The notes: generated by a model from the sequence alone, not told the origin. Numbered from the stretch's first letter, positions 9,379 through 20,007 are shown. The stretch: DNA of 64,000 nt from Ancylobacter novellus (GCA_003241485.1 QFQD01000003.1:47720-111719), one strand, 5' to 3'. Translations and numbers: made by a program.

Positions 9379-9405
9379 TTGACCTTCCCATTGTTGGAAG
9401 CCCCA
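9379..9405 (+). promoter_or_regulatory. MerR/CueR-type promoter-operator for copA (TTGACC -35, 19-bp spacer, CATGTT -10-like)
   Basis: TTGACCTTCCCATTGTTGGAAGCCCCA is the perfect inverted copy of 9317-9343. It lies 37 nt upstream of the copA ATG. Confidence 0.7.
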
Positions 9406-9441
9406 TGTTTGCGGTTAGCCGTGATTCATGGAGCTGACGAC

Positions 9442-11988
9442 ATGCCGACCTCAACCGCATTCGCCGAGCTTGACGCGCCATCCGCCACACTACGGCTGCG
9501 CGTCGAAGGAATGTCCTGCGCGTCGTGCGTGGGGAGAGTCGAGAACGCCTTGAAGGCACTGCCAGGGGTGACGCGCACTTCGGTCAATCTCGTGACGGAG
9601 CGCGCAGTGGTCGATTTCTCCGTACAACCTGACCCGCTTGCCGTGATCGGAGCGGTCAAGACCGCCGGCTACGAGGTCGTTAGCGAGACGGCGGAACTCC
9701 TCGTCGAAGGAATGAGCTGTGCGTCCTGTGTTGGACGCGTCGAGAAGGTCCTGAAGGCGCTTCCCGGCGTTCTTGATGCTTCGGTCAACCTGGCGACTGA
9801 AAAGGCCCGCATCGACTATCTCGGCGGTTCTGTTTCCACCTCAGACATGATTGCCGCAGTCGCGAGCGCCGGCTATGGCGCGCGCACAGTGACGAAAGGA
9901 GCGGTCGCCAAGGACGAGGAAGCCGCTCGGCGCGAGCGGGAAATGCGTTCCCTGCGCAACGCGCTGCTGCTTGCAGCGGTCCTCACCGTACCGGTGGTGG
10001 TGCTCGAAATGGGCAGTCACCTGGTTTCCGCGATCCATATGTGGGTGATGGAGACCATCGGGCAGAAGGGCAACTGGTATCTGCAGTTTGCCCTGACGAC
10101 GCTGGTGCTGTTCGGTCCCGGCCTGCGTTTTTTCGTCAAGGGCGTCCCGGCGCTGTTGCGCGGCGGCCCCGACATGAACACGCTCGTCAGCCTCGGCACC
10201 GGCGCGGCCTGGGCCTATTCCGTGGTCGCCACCTTCGCGCCTGGGCTGCTGCCGGAAGGCACCCATAGCGTCTACTATGAAGCGGCGGCTGTGATCGTTG
10301 CGCTGATCCTGCTCGGCCGCTGGCTCGAGGCGCGCGCAAAGGGTCGCACAAGCGAGGCGATCAAGCAGTTGGTGGGCCTGCAGGCGAAGACGGCGCAGGT
10401 CCTCCGCGACGGGAAGGTCGTGCAGGTTTCCCCCTCAGAGGTGGTTGCCGGCGACATCGTGCAAGTGCGTCCTGGCGAGCGCGTGCCGGTCGATGGCGAA
10501 GTGCTCGATGGTTCGTCCTTCATCGACGAGTCCATGATCACGGGCGAGCCGATCCCGATCCAAAAGAGCGTGGGCGCGGCAGTCGTCGGTGGCACGATCA
10601 ACAAGACGGGCAGCATCACCTTCCGCGCCGACAAGGTCGGCGGCGACACCGTGCTGGCACAGATCATCCGCATGGTCGAAGAGGCGCAGGGCTCCAAGCT
10701 GCCGATCCAGGCGCTCGTCGACCGCGTGACGGGCGTCTTCGTCCCGATCGTCATGGGTATCGCGGCATTGACCTTCGTTGTCTGGCTGGTGTTTGGTCCC
10801 GATCCGGCGCTTGCGTTCGCGCTGGTCAACGGTGTCTCGGTCCTGATTATCGCCTGCCCATGCGCAATGGGTCTCGCCACGCCGACGTCGATCATGGTCG
10901 GCACCGGGCGAGCCGCAAGGATGGGGGTTCTGTTCCGCAAGGGCGAAGCGCTCCAGACTCTGAGGGGCGCGAAAGCCATCGGCCTCGACAAGACCGGCAC
11001 GCTGACGAAAGGTCGGCCCGAACTGACCGACCTGTCGGTGGTTGGCGGGTTCCAGGAGTCCGATGTGCTGTCCCTGGTTGCGGCCGTTGAAGAACGCTCC
11101 GAGCATCCGATTGCGGAAGCCATTGTTACCGCGACGAAGCAGCGCAATCTTGCCTTCGGTTCCGTTCAGACCTTCGAGTCTGTGCCGGGATTCGGCGTCG
11201 CTGCGACCGTTGATGGTCGCCAGGTCGAGATCGGCGCGGATCGCTACATGAAGAAGCTCGGCTACGACCTCGCGGAGGTTGAGCCGATCGGCCGGCGCTT
11301 GGCGAGCCAAGGCAAGAGCCCGCTCTATGCTGCGATCGACGGCCGGCTCGCCGCGGCGATTGCCGTCGCCGATCCGATCAAGCCGACAACACGCGATTCG
11401 ATCGCGGCGCTGCACCAGCTCGGGATCAAAGTGGCGATGATCACTGGCGACAACGCCGGCACCGCCAACGCCATCGCCACGCAGCTCGGCATCGACGAAG
11501 TGATGGCGGAGGTTCTGCCAGACGGCAAGGTGGAGGCGATCAAGGCGCTGCGCCAACACTTCGGAGCCGTGGCCTTTGTCGGCGATGGCATCAATGATGC
11601 CCCCGCGCTCGCCGAGGCCGATGTAGGCATCGCGATCGGGACCGGCACAGATGTGGCGATCGAGGCTGCCGACGTCGTGTTGATGTCGGGCGATCTGCGC
11701 GGCGTGGTCAACGCCATCGCTCTCAGCAAGGCGACCATCCGCAACATCCAGCAGAACCTGTTCTGGGCCTTCGCCTATAACGCCAGCCTGATCCCGGTGG
11801 CAGCCGGCGTCCTCTATCCGTTCAACGGGACGTTGCTCTCGCCGATCTTCGCGGCTGGCGCGATGGCGGCATCGAGCGTCTTCGTGCTCGGCAATGCGCT
11901 CCGTCTGAAGCGCTTCCAGCCGCCGATGATCGCGGACACAGCTCCCGCGATGCGGGCGCATGAACCAACGCTTGTTCCGGCCGAGTGA
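9442..11988 (+). CDS. copA: Cu(I)-translocating P1B-1-type ATPase with two N-terminal HMA domains
   Basis: Two [12 protein letters not shown] motifs, [10 protein letters not shown] in TM6, DKTGTLT and [11 protein letters not shown] chose the start at ATG 9442 because the upstream ORF extension runs through the operator region. Confidence 0.93.
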   Translation: MPTSTAFAELDAPSATLRLRVEGMSCASCVGRVENALKALPGVTRTSVNLVTERAVVDFSVQPDPLAVIGAVKTAGYEVVSETAELLVEGMSCASCVGRVEKVLKALPGVLDASVNLATEKARIDYLGGSVSTSDMIAAVASAGYGARTVTKGAVAKDEEAARREREMRSLRNALLLAAVLTVPVVVLEMGSHLVSAIHMWVMETIGQKGNWYLQFALTTLVLFGPGLRFFVKGVPALLRGGPDMNTLVSLGTGAAWAYSVVATFAPGLLPEGTHSVYYEAAAVIVALILLGRWLEARAKGRTSEAIKQLVGLQAKTAQVLRDGKVVQVSPSEVVAGDIVQVRPGERVPVDGEVLDGSSFIDESMITGEPIPIQKSVGAAVVGGTINKTGSITFRADKVGGDTVLAQIIRMVEEAQGSKLPIQALVDRVTGVFVPIVMGIAALTFVVWLVFGPDPALAFALVNGVSVLIIACPCAMGLATPTSIMVGTGRAARMGVLFRKGEALQTLRGAKAIGLDKTGTLTKGRPELTDLSVVGGFQESDVLSLVAAVEERSEHPIAEAIVTATKQRNLAFGSVQTFESVPGFGVAATVDGRQVEIGADRYMKKLGYDLAEVEPIGRRLASQGKSPLYAAIDGRLAAAIAVADPIKPTTRDSIAALHQLGIKVAMITGDNAGTANAIATQLGIDEVMAEVLPDGKVEAIKALRQHFGAVAFVGDGINDAPALAEADVGIAIGTGTDVAIEAADVVLMSGDLRGVVNAIALSKATIRNIQQNLFWAFAYNASLIPVAAGVLYPFNGTLLSPIFAAGAMAASSVFVLGNALRLKRFQPPMIADTAPAMRAHEPTLVPAE

Positions 11989-12021
11989 CCCCAGCGAAGG
12001 CGCAGTAGGAGTATTTGGAGC

Positions 12022-12513
12022 ATGAACATCGGTGAGGCAGCGAAGCGTTCGGGCGTCAACTCCAAGATGATCCGATACTATGAATCTATCGGATTGACGG
12101 AAGCGGCAACCCGGCAGGGATCGGGATATCGCGACTATTCGGACAATGACGTTCATGCATTGCGCTTTATCCGTCGAGCTCGAGACCTCGGCTTCTCTGT
12201 CAAGCAGATCGGCGATCTTCTGGCACTGTGGCGTGATCGGGATCGCAGCAGCGCCGATGTTAAGGCGATCTCCCTCCAGCACGTGCGGGACCTGCAGGAC
12301 AAAAAGCGGGCCATAGAGGACATGATCGCGACACTCAGCAACCTCGCTCAGCATTGCCATGGCGACGGACGACCAGACTGCCCGATCATCGCCAATCTCG
12401 CCGATGCGGACGTCAAAGCGCGTGAGCCTCAAGCCAAGAGCCGTCCAAGCGCAGCTCCTATCGCTCCCCTCGAAAGGGGTCATCCCGGGCGGACGTCCTC
12501 CCGTCGAACTTGA
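12022..12513 (+). CDS. cueR: MerR-family Cu(I)-responsive transcriptional regulator
   Basis: N-terminal HTH MNIGEAAKRSGVNSKMIRYYESIGL and the C-terminal metal loop CHGDGRPDCPI. It sits immediately downstream of copA and has a longer C-terminal tail than typical CueR. Confidence 0.9.
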   Translation: MNIGEAAKRSGVNSKMIRYYESIGLTEAATRQGSGYRDYSDNDVHALRFIRRARDLGFSVKQIGDLLALWRDRDRSSADVKAISLQHVRDLQDKKRAIEDMIATLSNLAQHCHGDGRPDCPIIANLADADVKAREPQAKSRPSAAPIAPLERGHPGRTSSRRT

Positions 12514-12733
12514 CCTTGGAAAAACGAAGAACAAGCTTCTCGCCCTGCCGCATCATCATCGATGGAACTGGATCGCTTCAAGCCTGCCGGCCATGCTGGT
12601 TTCTTCGCCAGATCCTTCGAACTCGATTCTTCAATATCTCCGCGGCCGCCCACCGCGTCGCGGAATCATCCTGAACTAGCAATGGCGCAAGATCTCCGCA
12701 TCTGATCCGGGCAGTGCCCGATCCGGCAGCCCG

Positions 12734-13411
12734 TTAGGCTGTGCCCATCGCCGACTTGGGTCGCGGCTTGCGCAATATCATCGCGACCAGATAGAGCGAC
12801 ATGAGCGCCCCACCGAAGCAGAAGACGGAGATATAGGCGTAGGCAAAGAAAATGTATGTCACCGCAAGAACGCCTACGACCAGCAAGCCGAAGACCTTCA
12901 CGGCGCGGTCACGCGACAACAGGAATGGAACCGTGACGAGCGCCGCGTAAATGACATAGGTTGTTTCCCGCGTCACCACGAAGTCGAGGAGATTGACATC
13001 TTGGTAGCGGACTGCCCTTTCGAGGAACGTTGTCGTCAGCCAGCCTTCATGCGCGAAATACGGCACGTATTGCAGTGCGCCTAGCATGCCCCCGGCGATG
13101 GCGAAGAATAGATAGAGGCTTCGGCGGCGCCCGTCCTCGATGAAGTAGGTCGAGACCGGCGCCCCGACCGGCCAAGCGAGCCAAGTAAAGAACATATAGG
13201 CCAGCGAATACCGCGCCACGAGATCTTGATCAGCCCACTGCCCGGCAGTCCATACGAGCCCTTCCGTCGCTTGTTGGACTCCGAACAGAAAGGGTAGGGC
13301 AGAGATCGCGATGTATCGGCGATCGGTCTGCCAGGCAAGATAGGTGCTCAAGACCCCCGCAGGCATCAGAATGGCAGCGGCTGTGAAGCTCGCTTTTGCA
13401 GATAGGCACAT
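12734..13411 (-). CDS. Polytopic membrane protein of unknown function (possibly DUF6629-like)
   Basis: 225 aa with about 7 hydrophobic segments. The N-terminus MCLSAKASFTAAA resembles DUF6629 proteins from memory. It starts 6 nt after the upstream CBS gene stop. Confidence 0.6.
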   Translation of the reverse strand: MCLSAKASFTAAAILMPAGVLSTYLAWQTDRRYIAISALPFLFGVQQATEGLVWTAGQWADQDLVARYSLAYMFFTWLAWPVGAPVSTYFIEDGRRRSLYLFFAIAGGMLGALQYVPYFAHEGWLTTTFLERAVRYQDVNLLDFVVTRETTYVIYAALVTVPFLLSRDRAVKVFGLLVVGVLAVTYIFFAYAYISVFCFGGALMSLYLVAMILRKPRPKSAMGTA

Positions 13412-13417
13412 CTCAGA

Positions 13418-14092
13418 TCAAAGCCTGACAGGACCTTCTCCCGAGATCCTGAGATCATCCTTGAACCCCGGTCCGGAAACGCTTTCGACAATCATGCGAA
13501 TCGCATCATGCTCGTTCTGGGATCGAATATCGCCTGCGACATGCACGATCCCGCCCTCGACGGTGACAACCGGCTGGGCTGACAGAGCCGAAGCGGCTTC
13601 GGCGAGGCGTGCGACAATGGCGCGCCGCACGGCCTCGTCGCCTCGAATCTCGGCATCAGGCTTGCCGGTCGCTATGACCTTCAAGAGGTCGGCTCGGCTG
13701 ACGATGCCGACCAGTCGCTCCTTTCGCATGACCGGCAGGCGCTTGATGCCATGCTGGTGAATCAGCGCTGCCATCTCGTGTACAGCGGTGTTCTCATCGA
13801 TCGTGATGACATTCGTCGTCATGACATCGCCGACCTTCCAGCTACGGCTCTTCACGTAGGCTCTGGTCACCGCATCGGCGTCTTGCGAGGGGTTGGGAAA
13901 CGCCTCTGCCGTTCCGAGCTCCGTGCGCCGCAGGAGGTCGCCCTCGGTCACGATGCCGGCAAGCACGCCATCATCGGTAAGTACGGGGACCCCGCTCACA
14001 TGTTCAGCCAGCATGATCTGAGCCGCGTGCCATACGCTGTGTTCCGGACACACGGTTGTCGGCACCTCTGTCATCAGATCCTTCGCGTTCAT
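13418..14092 (-). CDS. CBS-pair plus BON domain protein
   Basis: Two CBS repeats (GVPVLTDDGVLAGIVTEGDLLRR; LPVMRKERLVGIVSRADLLK) and a C-terminal BON-like segment (VTVEGGIVHVAGDIRS). Confidence 0.85.
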   Translation of the reverse strand: MNAKDLMTEVPTTVCPEHSVWHAAQIMLAEHVSGVPVLTDDGVLAGIVTEGDLLRRTELGTAEAFPNPSQDADAVTRAYVKSRSWKVGDVMTTNVITIDENTAVHEMAALIHQHGIKRLPVMRKERLVGIVSRADLLKVIATGKPDAEIRGDEAVRRAIVARLAEAASALSAQPVVTVEGGIVHVAGDIRSQNEHDAIRMIVESVSGPGFKDDLRISGEGPVRL

Positions 14093-14233
14093 CGATCAGC
14101 CAACTTCCCTCTGCATTGCAGCATCCAGCATTGAGTATTCTCGGCATCCGACCTACGTTCTCTACTTAGAATCGGTACAAGAAATCGTCGGTCTTTTTCA
14201 CTCTTCGTTTCGACACAACGTGGGCTGCCGCAG

Positions 14234-15925
14234 TCAGCACATGTAGGCTTCCGTCGCGTAGCGGCGCATCATGCGCTGGCTGTTGAAGGTCGCGCCGATC
14301 TTGCTGATCGACTGCTTCATCATCCAGATCCAGCGCGCGCTGTCATTATAGTAGAGCGGAAGAACGACGGACTGCAGCTTGTCGAGAAGCGCCGAGGCGT
14401 CTCCTGCTCCCGGCGGATGTCCTTCGATCGCCCATCCGGTAACTCCCTCGACCCACCCCTCGATCCACCAGCCGTCAAGGACGCTGAAGTTCAACACGCC
14501 GTTCAGCGCCGCCTTCATGCCGCTCGTGCCCGAAGCCTCCAGAGGCGGAAGTGGCGTATTCAGCCATTTGTCGCTGCCCGAAACCATCGCAGCACCAAGT
14601 TTCATGTCGTAGCCGGGCAGGAATGCCACGGGTACGACACCGGCAAGACGCTCGATGTACCGGTGAAAGCTCTCGATCAGCCGATGCCCGGGTTCATCGC
14701 GCGGGTGAGCAAGACCGGCCAGGACGACCTGGAACGGTTGCTCCTGGGCAATTGTCGTCAATCGCTCGAGGTCGCTGAAAAGCAGATCCGGTCGCTTATA
14801 GGCGGTCATTCGGCGCGCAAGCCCGATAAGCGGAACATCCGCATGCATTAACGTGCCGGTTGCATTCCTGACGTGATCGATGAGTTCGGATTTTGCGACT
14901 TGGTGGGCGTTCCACACATCCTCATCAGCCAGTTGATCCGCAAAGGCCAGGATCTCAGGCTCGTGAGCCCAATGCGGGAACCGCGCCACATGGAGTTCCG
15001 CCAGTGCCCGATGCGTCCAAGTGTGTGCATGAACACCATCGGTGATCGAGCGTATTTGATAGCCCGGAAACATCTTACGAGTGGTCTCTGCGTGCCGGCG
15101 CGCCACGCCGTTGACGTAGCCGCTCAGATTGAGGGCAAGCCGTGTCATGTTGAGGTGGTCCAGCCCGGCCAGTTTCTTCAGCTCATCGAGTTCCAGGTTA
15201 TCCCCCAGGATACGGTCGACGAGAGCGTAGTCGAACTTGTCAAAACCCGCCTCGACCGGAGTGTGGGTCGTGAATACGCATCTCTCTCGGACAACGGCGC
15301 GATCGTACAGACTTCCTCCGGGAGCTAGGTCGTCGGACGCTCGCCGTGTTTCCCGAAGCAACTGCAGCGCAAGAAGCGCCGCATGTCCCTCGTTCAAATG
15401 GTAGGTGCGGATTGAGAAGCCGAGCGCGCGCAATGCGAGCAGGCCTCCGATCCCGAGCACGATGTCCTGCTTCAGCCGATAGGCGTCGTCACCGCCGTAG
15501 AGGCGGTCGGTAATTTTCCTGTCCTCGGCAGCGTTCTGGTCAAGGTCGGTGTCCAGCAGCAACACCGGAACGGCATGCCCGACCGGGCATTCCAGGCGGT
15601 AGAGCCTCGGCTGGATCCAGACGCTCCGCCCCTCAATGGAAATGGCCACCATGGCGGGAAGCGAATGTGTGGAGTCCGTTGGCGTCCACGGATTCGGCTT
15701 ATCGATCTGCGCGCCATTGGCGCTCAGCTCTTGGCGAACATAGCCTTCTCGGCTGAGCAAGGTCACGAAGACCATAGGGAGGTTGAGATCAGCCGCTGAG
15801 CGGGCAGTGTCGCCTGCCAGGACGCCAAGCCCGCCGCTATAGGTGCGAATGTCTGGGCGGAGCGCGATCTCCATCGAAAAATACGCAACAGTCGTATGAT
15901 GAAGGAAGGGCTTGAGGGTTTTCAC
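14234..15925 (-). CDS. Alpha-glucan family phosphorylase (short GT35 glycogen/maltodextrin phosphorylase type)
   Basis: 563 aa. N-terminal YFSMEIAL, GGLGVLAGD, and the PLP-lysine region EASGTSGMKAALNG. GTG start. Confidence 0.88.
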   Translation of the reverse strand: MKTLKPFLHHTTVAYFSMEIALRPDIRTYSGGLGVLAGDTARSAADLNLPMVFVTLLSREGYVRQELSANGAQIDKPNPWTPTDSTHSLPAMVAISIEGRSVWIQPRLYRLECPVGHAVPVLLLDTDLDQNAAEDRKITDRLYGGDDAYRLKQDIVLGIGGLLALRALGFSIRTYHLNEGHAALLALQLLRETRRASDDLAPGGSLYDRAVVRERCVFTTHTPVEAGFDKFDYALVDRILGDNLELDELKKLAGLDHLNMTRLALNLSGYVNGVARRHAETTRKMFPGYQIRSITDGVHAHTWTHRALAELHVARFPHWAHEPEILAFADQLADEDVWNAHQVAKSELIDHVRNATGTLMHADVPLIGLARRMTAYKRPDLLFSDLERLTTIAQEQPFQVVLAGLAHPRDEPGHRLIESFHRYIERLAGVVPVAFLPGYDMKLGAAMVSGSDKWLNTPLPPLEASGTSGMKAALNGVLNFSVLDGWWIEGWVEGVTGWAIEGHPPGAGDASALLDKLQSVVLPLYYNDSARWIWMMKQSISKIGATFNSQRMMRRYATEAYMC

Positions 15926-16095
15926 GACGGTCCCCTATTCCCTTTCCTGGCCGGACATCACCGCAGCCCGACATTTCATGCGGGCTCGAACGCGGCCAAA
16001 CCTGCTGCCTGCGATCGCCGGCCAAGGGCAGAGCACCCCGAGATCACGTTTCAGTATGCACTGCCATGGATCTTGCCCGAACCAGCCGATGAGCA

Positions 16096-16299
16096 CTATG
16101 AGGCCTTCTTCGCAGCCGCGGCGCTTTTCGGAACACGTTTGCTCTCGGGTTCTGTCGATGTGACCTCGGCCTCGGCTCGCAGCCAATGCTCCAGATCGCA
16201 GCCATTCGGGCTGCCTTCGTCCACCCAGATCTCATATGCGCGGTGCTCGATCTTCAGCTTGAGAGCGCTGTCGGCAGACGTTTCCGGCTCTGTGCTCAT
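16096..16299 (-). CDS. DUF2934-family small protein
   Basis: The IEHRAYEIWVDEGSPNGCDLEHWLRAE motif. I chose ATG 16299 because AAAGGAGAG lies 8 nt upstream. TAG stop. Confidence 0.7.
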   Translation of the reverse strand: MSTEPETSADSALKLKIEHRAYEIWVDEGSPNGCDLEHWLRAEAEVTSTEPESKRVPKSAAAAKKAS

Positions 16300-16371
16300 C
16301 GTCTCATCTCTCCTTTTCGCGAGACATCGCGCCCGCCCCAATACAGCTCTCCTGCGTTCCGCCGTATGTCA

Positions 16372-16385
16372 TTGATGCAGGTTAA
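16372..16385. promoter_or_regulatory. Fnr/FixK-like dyad variant TTGAT-GCAG-GTTAA (followed by AG)
   Basis: Intergenic. Its centre is about 79 nt upstream of the DUF2934 ATG, which heads a same-strand string DUF2934 / phosphorylase / CBS-BON / membrane protein. Member of the recurrent motif set. Confidence 0.5.
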
Positions 16386-16680
16386 AGATGGGCTCGGGCT
16401 CATCCAGCCGATGGCCTACCAAGCCTGACGCCGGATGCGAGGTCCAGCTTCGATGCTACCCGCTCCGGCGCGATCGGTGAGCCGACGCCGACCCCATGGG
16501 CCGCGTTCGAGGAACGTCGCCGGATCGGCGAACAGCGAATTCTGTACGCCTTGAACTACTTGATGCCGCTCTCGGATTCCGGCACATGGCATCTTGCCAC
16601 CAATATCGCCTGGCCGGCTCCGAAGGCCGCCGGTTCGATGGCGGGATCATGCGAATGACGAACTCGAGGATGAGGCGCTA

Positions 16681-17907
16681 TCAGATCAGAGGCATGATCG
16701 TTCCAGCCGCCGCCAGCAGTACGACCACAATCCAGGGCGGTGCTTTCCAGACGGTGAGCAGAAGAAACCCTGCCAGCGCCGCCACGAAATCGCGCGGTAC
16801 GAAGACCGCGCTCGTCCAGACCGGGCTATATAGCGCCGCGCCGAGAATGCCGACGACCGCGGCGTTCGCCCCTCGCATGGCGGCCTGCGCCGTGGGGCGC
16901 AGGCGCAGGGCATCCCAGAACGGTAGCATGCCATAGACCAGCAGCAGGCCCGGCAGGAACACCGCGACGAGCGCGATCATGGCTCCCACAAGGCCGTTCG
17001 GCGCCGGTCCCATGACGGCGCCGAGATAAGCCGCGAAGGTGAATAGCGGTCCGGGAAGGGCCTGGGCCAGGCCGTATCCGGCGAGGAAGGCCTCGTCGCT
17101 GACCCATCCCGGCGTCACCACCTCCGCCTGAAGTAGCGGCAGGACAACATGGCCGCCGCCGAACACGAGGGCGCCCGCCCGGTAGAAGGCATCGAAAAGC
17201 GCAAGCCCCTGATGGCCTGTCGCGGCCGCCGAGACGGGCAGAAGCACGAAGCATGCCGCAAACAGCGCGAGCATCACCGCCCCCCGGCGACGGGACACCG
17301 GGAAACTCAGGTGACCGGCGAGCGCGGGCGCTTCTGCGCGGCAGAGCCAGAGGCCGGTGGTGGCGCCAAGCGCGATCGCGCCAATCTGGCCGAACGAACC
17401 ACCGATGAATATGACGACAGCAATGGCCGCCAGCGCGATGGCTGTACGCTCGCGATCGGGCGTCAGAGTCTTCGCCATGCCCCAGATTGCCTGGGCGACG
17501 ATGGCGACCGCCACGAGCTTCAGCCCATGCAGGAAGCCCTCGGCCAGCGGTCCGGTGAAAGCGGTCGCACCAAGCGCTAAGGTGAAGAGGATGATCGCGG
17601 ACGGAAGGGTGAAAGCGAGCCAGGCGGCGAGCCCGCCGAGGAGGCCTCCGCCGCGCAGGACGCCGAGCGCGAATCTGACCTGGCTGGAGGCGGGTCCTGG
17701 CAAGAACTGGCAGAGCGCGACAAGATCGGCGTAGCCGGCCTCATCGATCCACTTCCGGCCCAGCACGAGTTCATCGCGGAAATAGCCGAGATGGGCGATC
17801 GGTCCGCCGAAGGAGATGAGGCCCAGCTTGAGAAAGGCGCGGAACACTTCGGATGGCGAACCATGCTTCTGCGCGGGAACCTGCGCGCGATCATCGGGAA
17901 TGCCCAT
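16681..17907 (-). CDS. chrA: Chromate transporter (CHR family)
   Basis: 408 aa. FLKLGLISFGGPIAHLGYFRDELV, with a duplicated CHR domain and a second GGHVVLPLL motif. Its start overlaps the upstream ATPase stop by 17 nt. Confidence 0.88.
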   Translation of the reverse strand: MGIPDDRAQVPAQKHGSPSEVFRAFLKLGLISFGGPIAHLGYFRDELVLGRKWIDEAGYADLVALCQFLPGPASSQVRFALGVLRGGGLLGGLAAWLAFTLPSAIILFTLALGATAFTGPLAEGFLHGLKLVAVAIVAQAIWGMAKTLTPDRERTAIALAAIAVVIFIGGSFGQIGAIALGATTGLWLCRAEAPALAGHLSFPVSRRRGAVMLALFAACFVLLPVSAAATGHQGLALFDAFYRAGALVFGGGHVVLPLLQAEVVTPGWVSDEAFLAGYGLAQALPGPLFTFAAYLGAVMGPAPNGLVGAMIALVAVFLPGLLLVYGMLPFWDALRLRPTAQAAMRGANAAVVGILGAALYSPVWTSAVFVPRDFVAALAGFLLLTVWKAPPWIVVVLLAAAGTIMPLI

Positions 17908-19768
17908 CGGTGCCTCCGGTCGGGATTGGCCTCAGCGCCCTGAGCGCGTTCAGGATGACGGCGACGTCGATCAGCTCTTGCGTCAGCGCGCCTTGCACCG
18001 GCGGAAGGAACCCGAGGGCGGCGACGGCCATCGCCATGACCGACAGGCCGATCCCCGCAATGACGCTCTGTAGTGCGATCCGCTTCGTGCGATGGGCCAG
18101 GAAGAGCGCGTCGGCGAGCCGGTCGAGCTGGTCGACAAGGAGAACAATGTCGGCCGCTTCCGAGGACGCTGCCGAACCCCGGGCGCCCATCGCGACGCCG
18201 ACATCCGCCGCGGCGAGCGCAGGCGAGTCATTGACCCCGTCGCCGACCATCATCACCGGGGCGGTAGCGCGCTCACGAAGGACCATGTCGACCTTGGCGC
18301 CCGGGCCCAACTCGCCCTGCGCGGCGTCCAGTTGCAGCCGTCGTCCGACATCCGCAACGACATCGCTACGATCGCCGGAGGCAAGGACGATGCGCCGGAT
18401 GCCGGATTTGCGGAACGCGGCAAGCACGCCTGCAGCATCGGGGCGGATAGGGTCGGCGAGCGTGATGATGCCCGCCACCGCGCCATCCACGGCGACAGCG
18501 ACCACCACGGTTCCCTGAGCGAGTCCGATCCCCAGTTCGCGCGGATTACCCGCGGCGCTTCGGGAACGGACGAAGTCGCTGCCGCCGACCACGATGCGCC
18601 GGCCCTCGACGATGCCTTCGATGCCGGTTCCTGCCGTCTCCTGAACCTCGGACGGGCTTGACAGAGAAAGCCCGCGCTGATGCGCCGCTGTCGCCAGCGC
18701 CTCCGCTGTGACATGGGCCGAGGCCTGGTCGAGCGAGGCGGCAAGCCGCAGGATCTCGTCCTGGTCCCAGCCGCCCGCGATGCGGATCCCGGTGACGGCG
18801 GCCCGGCCGAGGGTCAGCGTTCCGGTCTTGTCGAGAATGGCCGTGCGCACCCTGGCGAGCGCTTCGAGCGCCCCGCCATTCTTGATGAGGACGCCCCGCG
18901 ACGCTGCGCGCGACATGCCTGAGATGATCGCCACGGGAACGGCCAGGATGAGCGGACAGGGGGTGGCGACGACCAGAACCGCCAGGGCGCGCAGCCGGTC
19001 GCCGCTCAGCCCCCACGCCGCGCCGGCGAGAACGACCGTGAAGAGCAGGAACCAGATCGCGTAGCGGTCCGCCATGCGCACCATCGGCGCCTTACTCTCC
19101 TGCGCCGTCTCGACGAGGCGGACGATGTTGGCGTAGGTGCTTTCCGCCGCCTCGCGGGCCACGACGAGATCGAAGGCGTCGCCCGCGCAGGTGGAACCGC
19201 TCAGGACCTCCTCGTCGGCGAGCCTGCGCACCGGTAGCGCCTCCCCGGTGAGGGCCGCCTCGTCGAGCAGCGCTTCCCCCTCCGCGACCGTCCCGTCGGC
19301 CGGGATCACTTCGCCATGGCGCACCAGAATGCGATCGCCGGGGCGAAGGCTTTCGATCGTCACCTCCTCGAGACGATTGCCGGCATGGCGCATGGCGGTC
19401 CGCGAGACGCGCCCGAGCAGCGCCGTCATCTCCCGCCGTGCCCGGCCCTCGGCGAAACTCTCCAGCTGCTGGCCGCCGGCATACATCAGCGCCACGACAT
19501 TGCCGGCGAGCGGTTCGCCGAAGGCGAGCGCCGTCGACATTGACAGGCCGGCGACGATATCGAGCCCGACCTCGCCGCGGCGGAGGGAAGAGAAGATCTC
19601 GATGACGAGCGCCGCCAGAACGGGGAACGTCCCTGCGAACCAGAGGCGTCCGGCCCAGGCGCCACTATCCGTCAGCAGGGCGATCCCGCCGCCCGCCAGC
19701 CCCAAAAGTGCGATGACGACCAGCAGCAGTCTGGCGCGGGCCTTGGCCAGGCCGGTGAATAGACCCAC
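17891..19768 (-). CDS. P1B-type ATPase with a TPCP transmembrane motif (P1B-5-like), no N-terminal HMA domain and no C-terminal hemerythrin domain
   Basis: 625 aa. VVATPCPLILAVP, DKTGTLT, GDGVNDSPALAAADVG. GTG start. Confidence 0.88.
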   Translation of the reverse strand: MGLFTGLAKARARLLLVVIALLGLAGGGIALLTDSGAWAGRLWFAGTFPVLAALVIEIFSSLRRGEVGLDIVAGLSMSTALAFGEPLAGNVVALMYAGGQQLESFAEGRARREMTALLGRVSRTAMRHAGNRLEEVTIESLRPGDRILVRHGEVIPADGTVAEGEALLDEAALTGEALPVRRLADEEVLSGSTCAGDAFDLVVAREAAESTYANIVRLVETAQESKAPMVRMADRYAIWFLLFTVVLAGAAWGLSGDRLRALAVLVVATPCPLILAVPVAIISGMSRAASRGVLIKNGGALEALARVRTAILDKTGTLTLGRAAVTGIRIAGGWDQDEILRLAASLDQASAHVTAEALATAAHQRGLSLSSPSEVQETAGTGIEGIVEGRRIVVGGSDFVRSRSAAGNPRELGIGLAQGTVVVAVAVDGAVAGIITLADPIRPDAAGVLAAFRKSGIRRIVLASGDRSDVVADVGRRLQLDAAQGELGPGAKVDMVLRERATAPVMMVGDGVNDSPALAAADVGVAMGARGSAASSEAADIVLLVDQLDRLADALFLAHRTKRIALQSVIAGIGLSVMAMAVAALGFLPPVQGALTQELIDVAVILNALRALRPIPTGGTDGHSR

Positions 19769-20007
19769 GTCGAACCTCTGGATGGCTGGTGGCCGACAGC
19801 CATGGTGACGCCGGGCGGATCTTTTTCTTTAGAATGCCTCTAATCCATACACCACTCGAAAATCGCGAACAACAGAGCCGGCGAGACCGGTGATCAACAG
19901 GCTCACGATTCCCTTCTTCATCTTCAAGACAGCCCATACCAAGAAAGTTTTTCAGTCCGCTGTTCGCATAACGTCCAGTCCGTCCAATGCTGCGGTCAGT
20001 AGAGTCT

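Noticed and set aside
8778-9437. A 219-aa plus-strand ORF between the MgtC-family gene and copA
   Set aside because: It runs antisense through copZ and across both CueR operators. The translation has no family features. copZ on the other strand is unambiguous.
10435-12534. A 699-aa minus-strand ORF spanning copA and cueR. Similar long antisense ORFs occur at 3272..4441, 20403..21782, 26844..28229, 44118..45188 and 61141..62304.
   Set aside because: These are shadow ORFs, typical of high-GC DNA. They lie opposite genes with clear family motifs and have Arg/Asp/Gly/His-rich low-complexity translations. They have no recognisable domains and no RBS.
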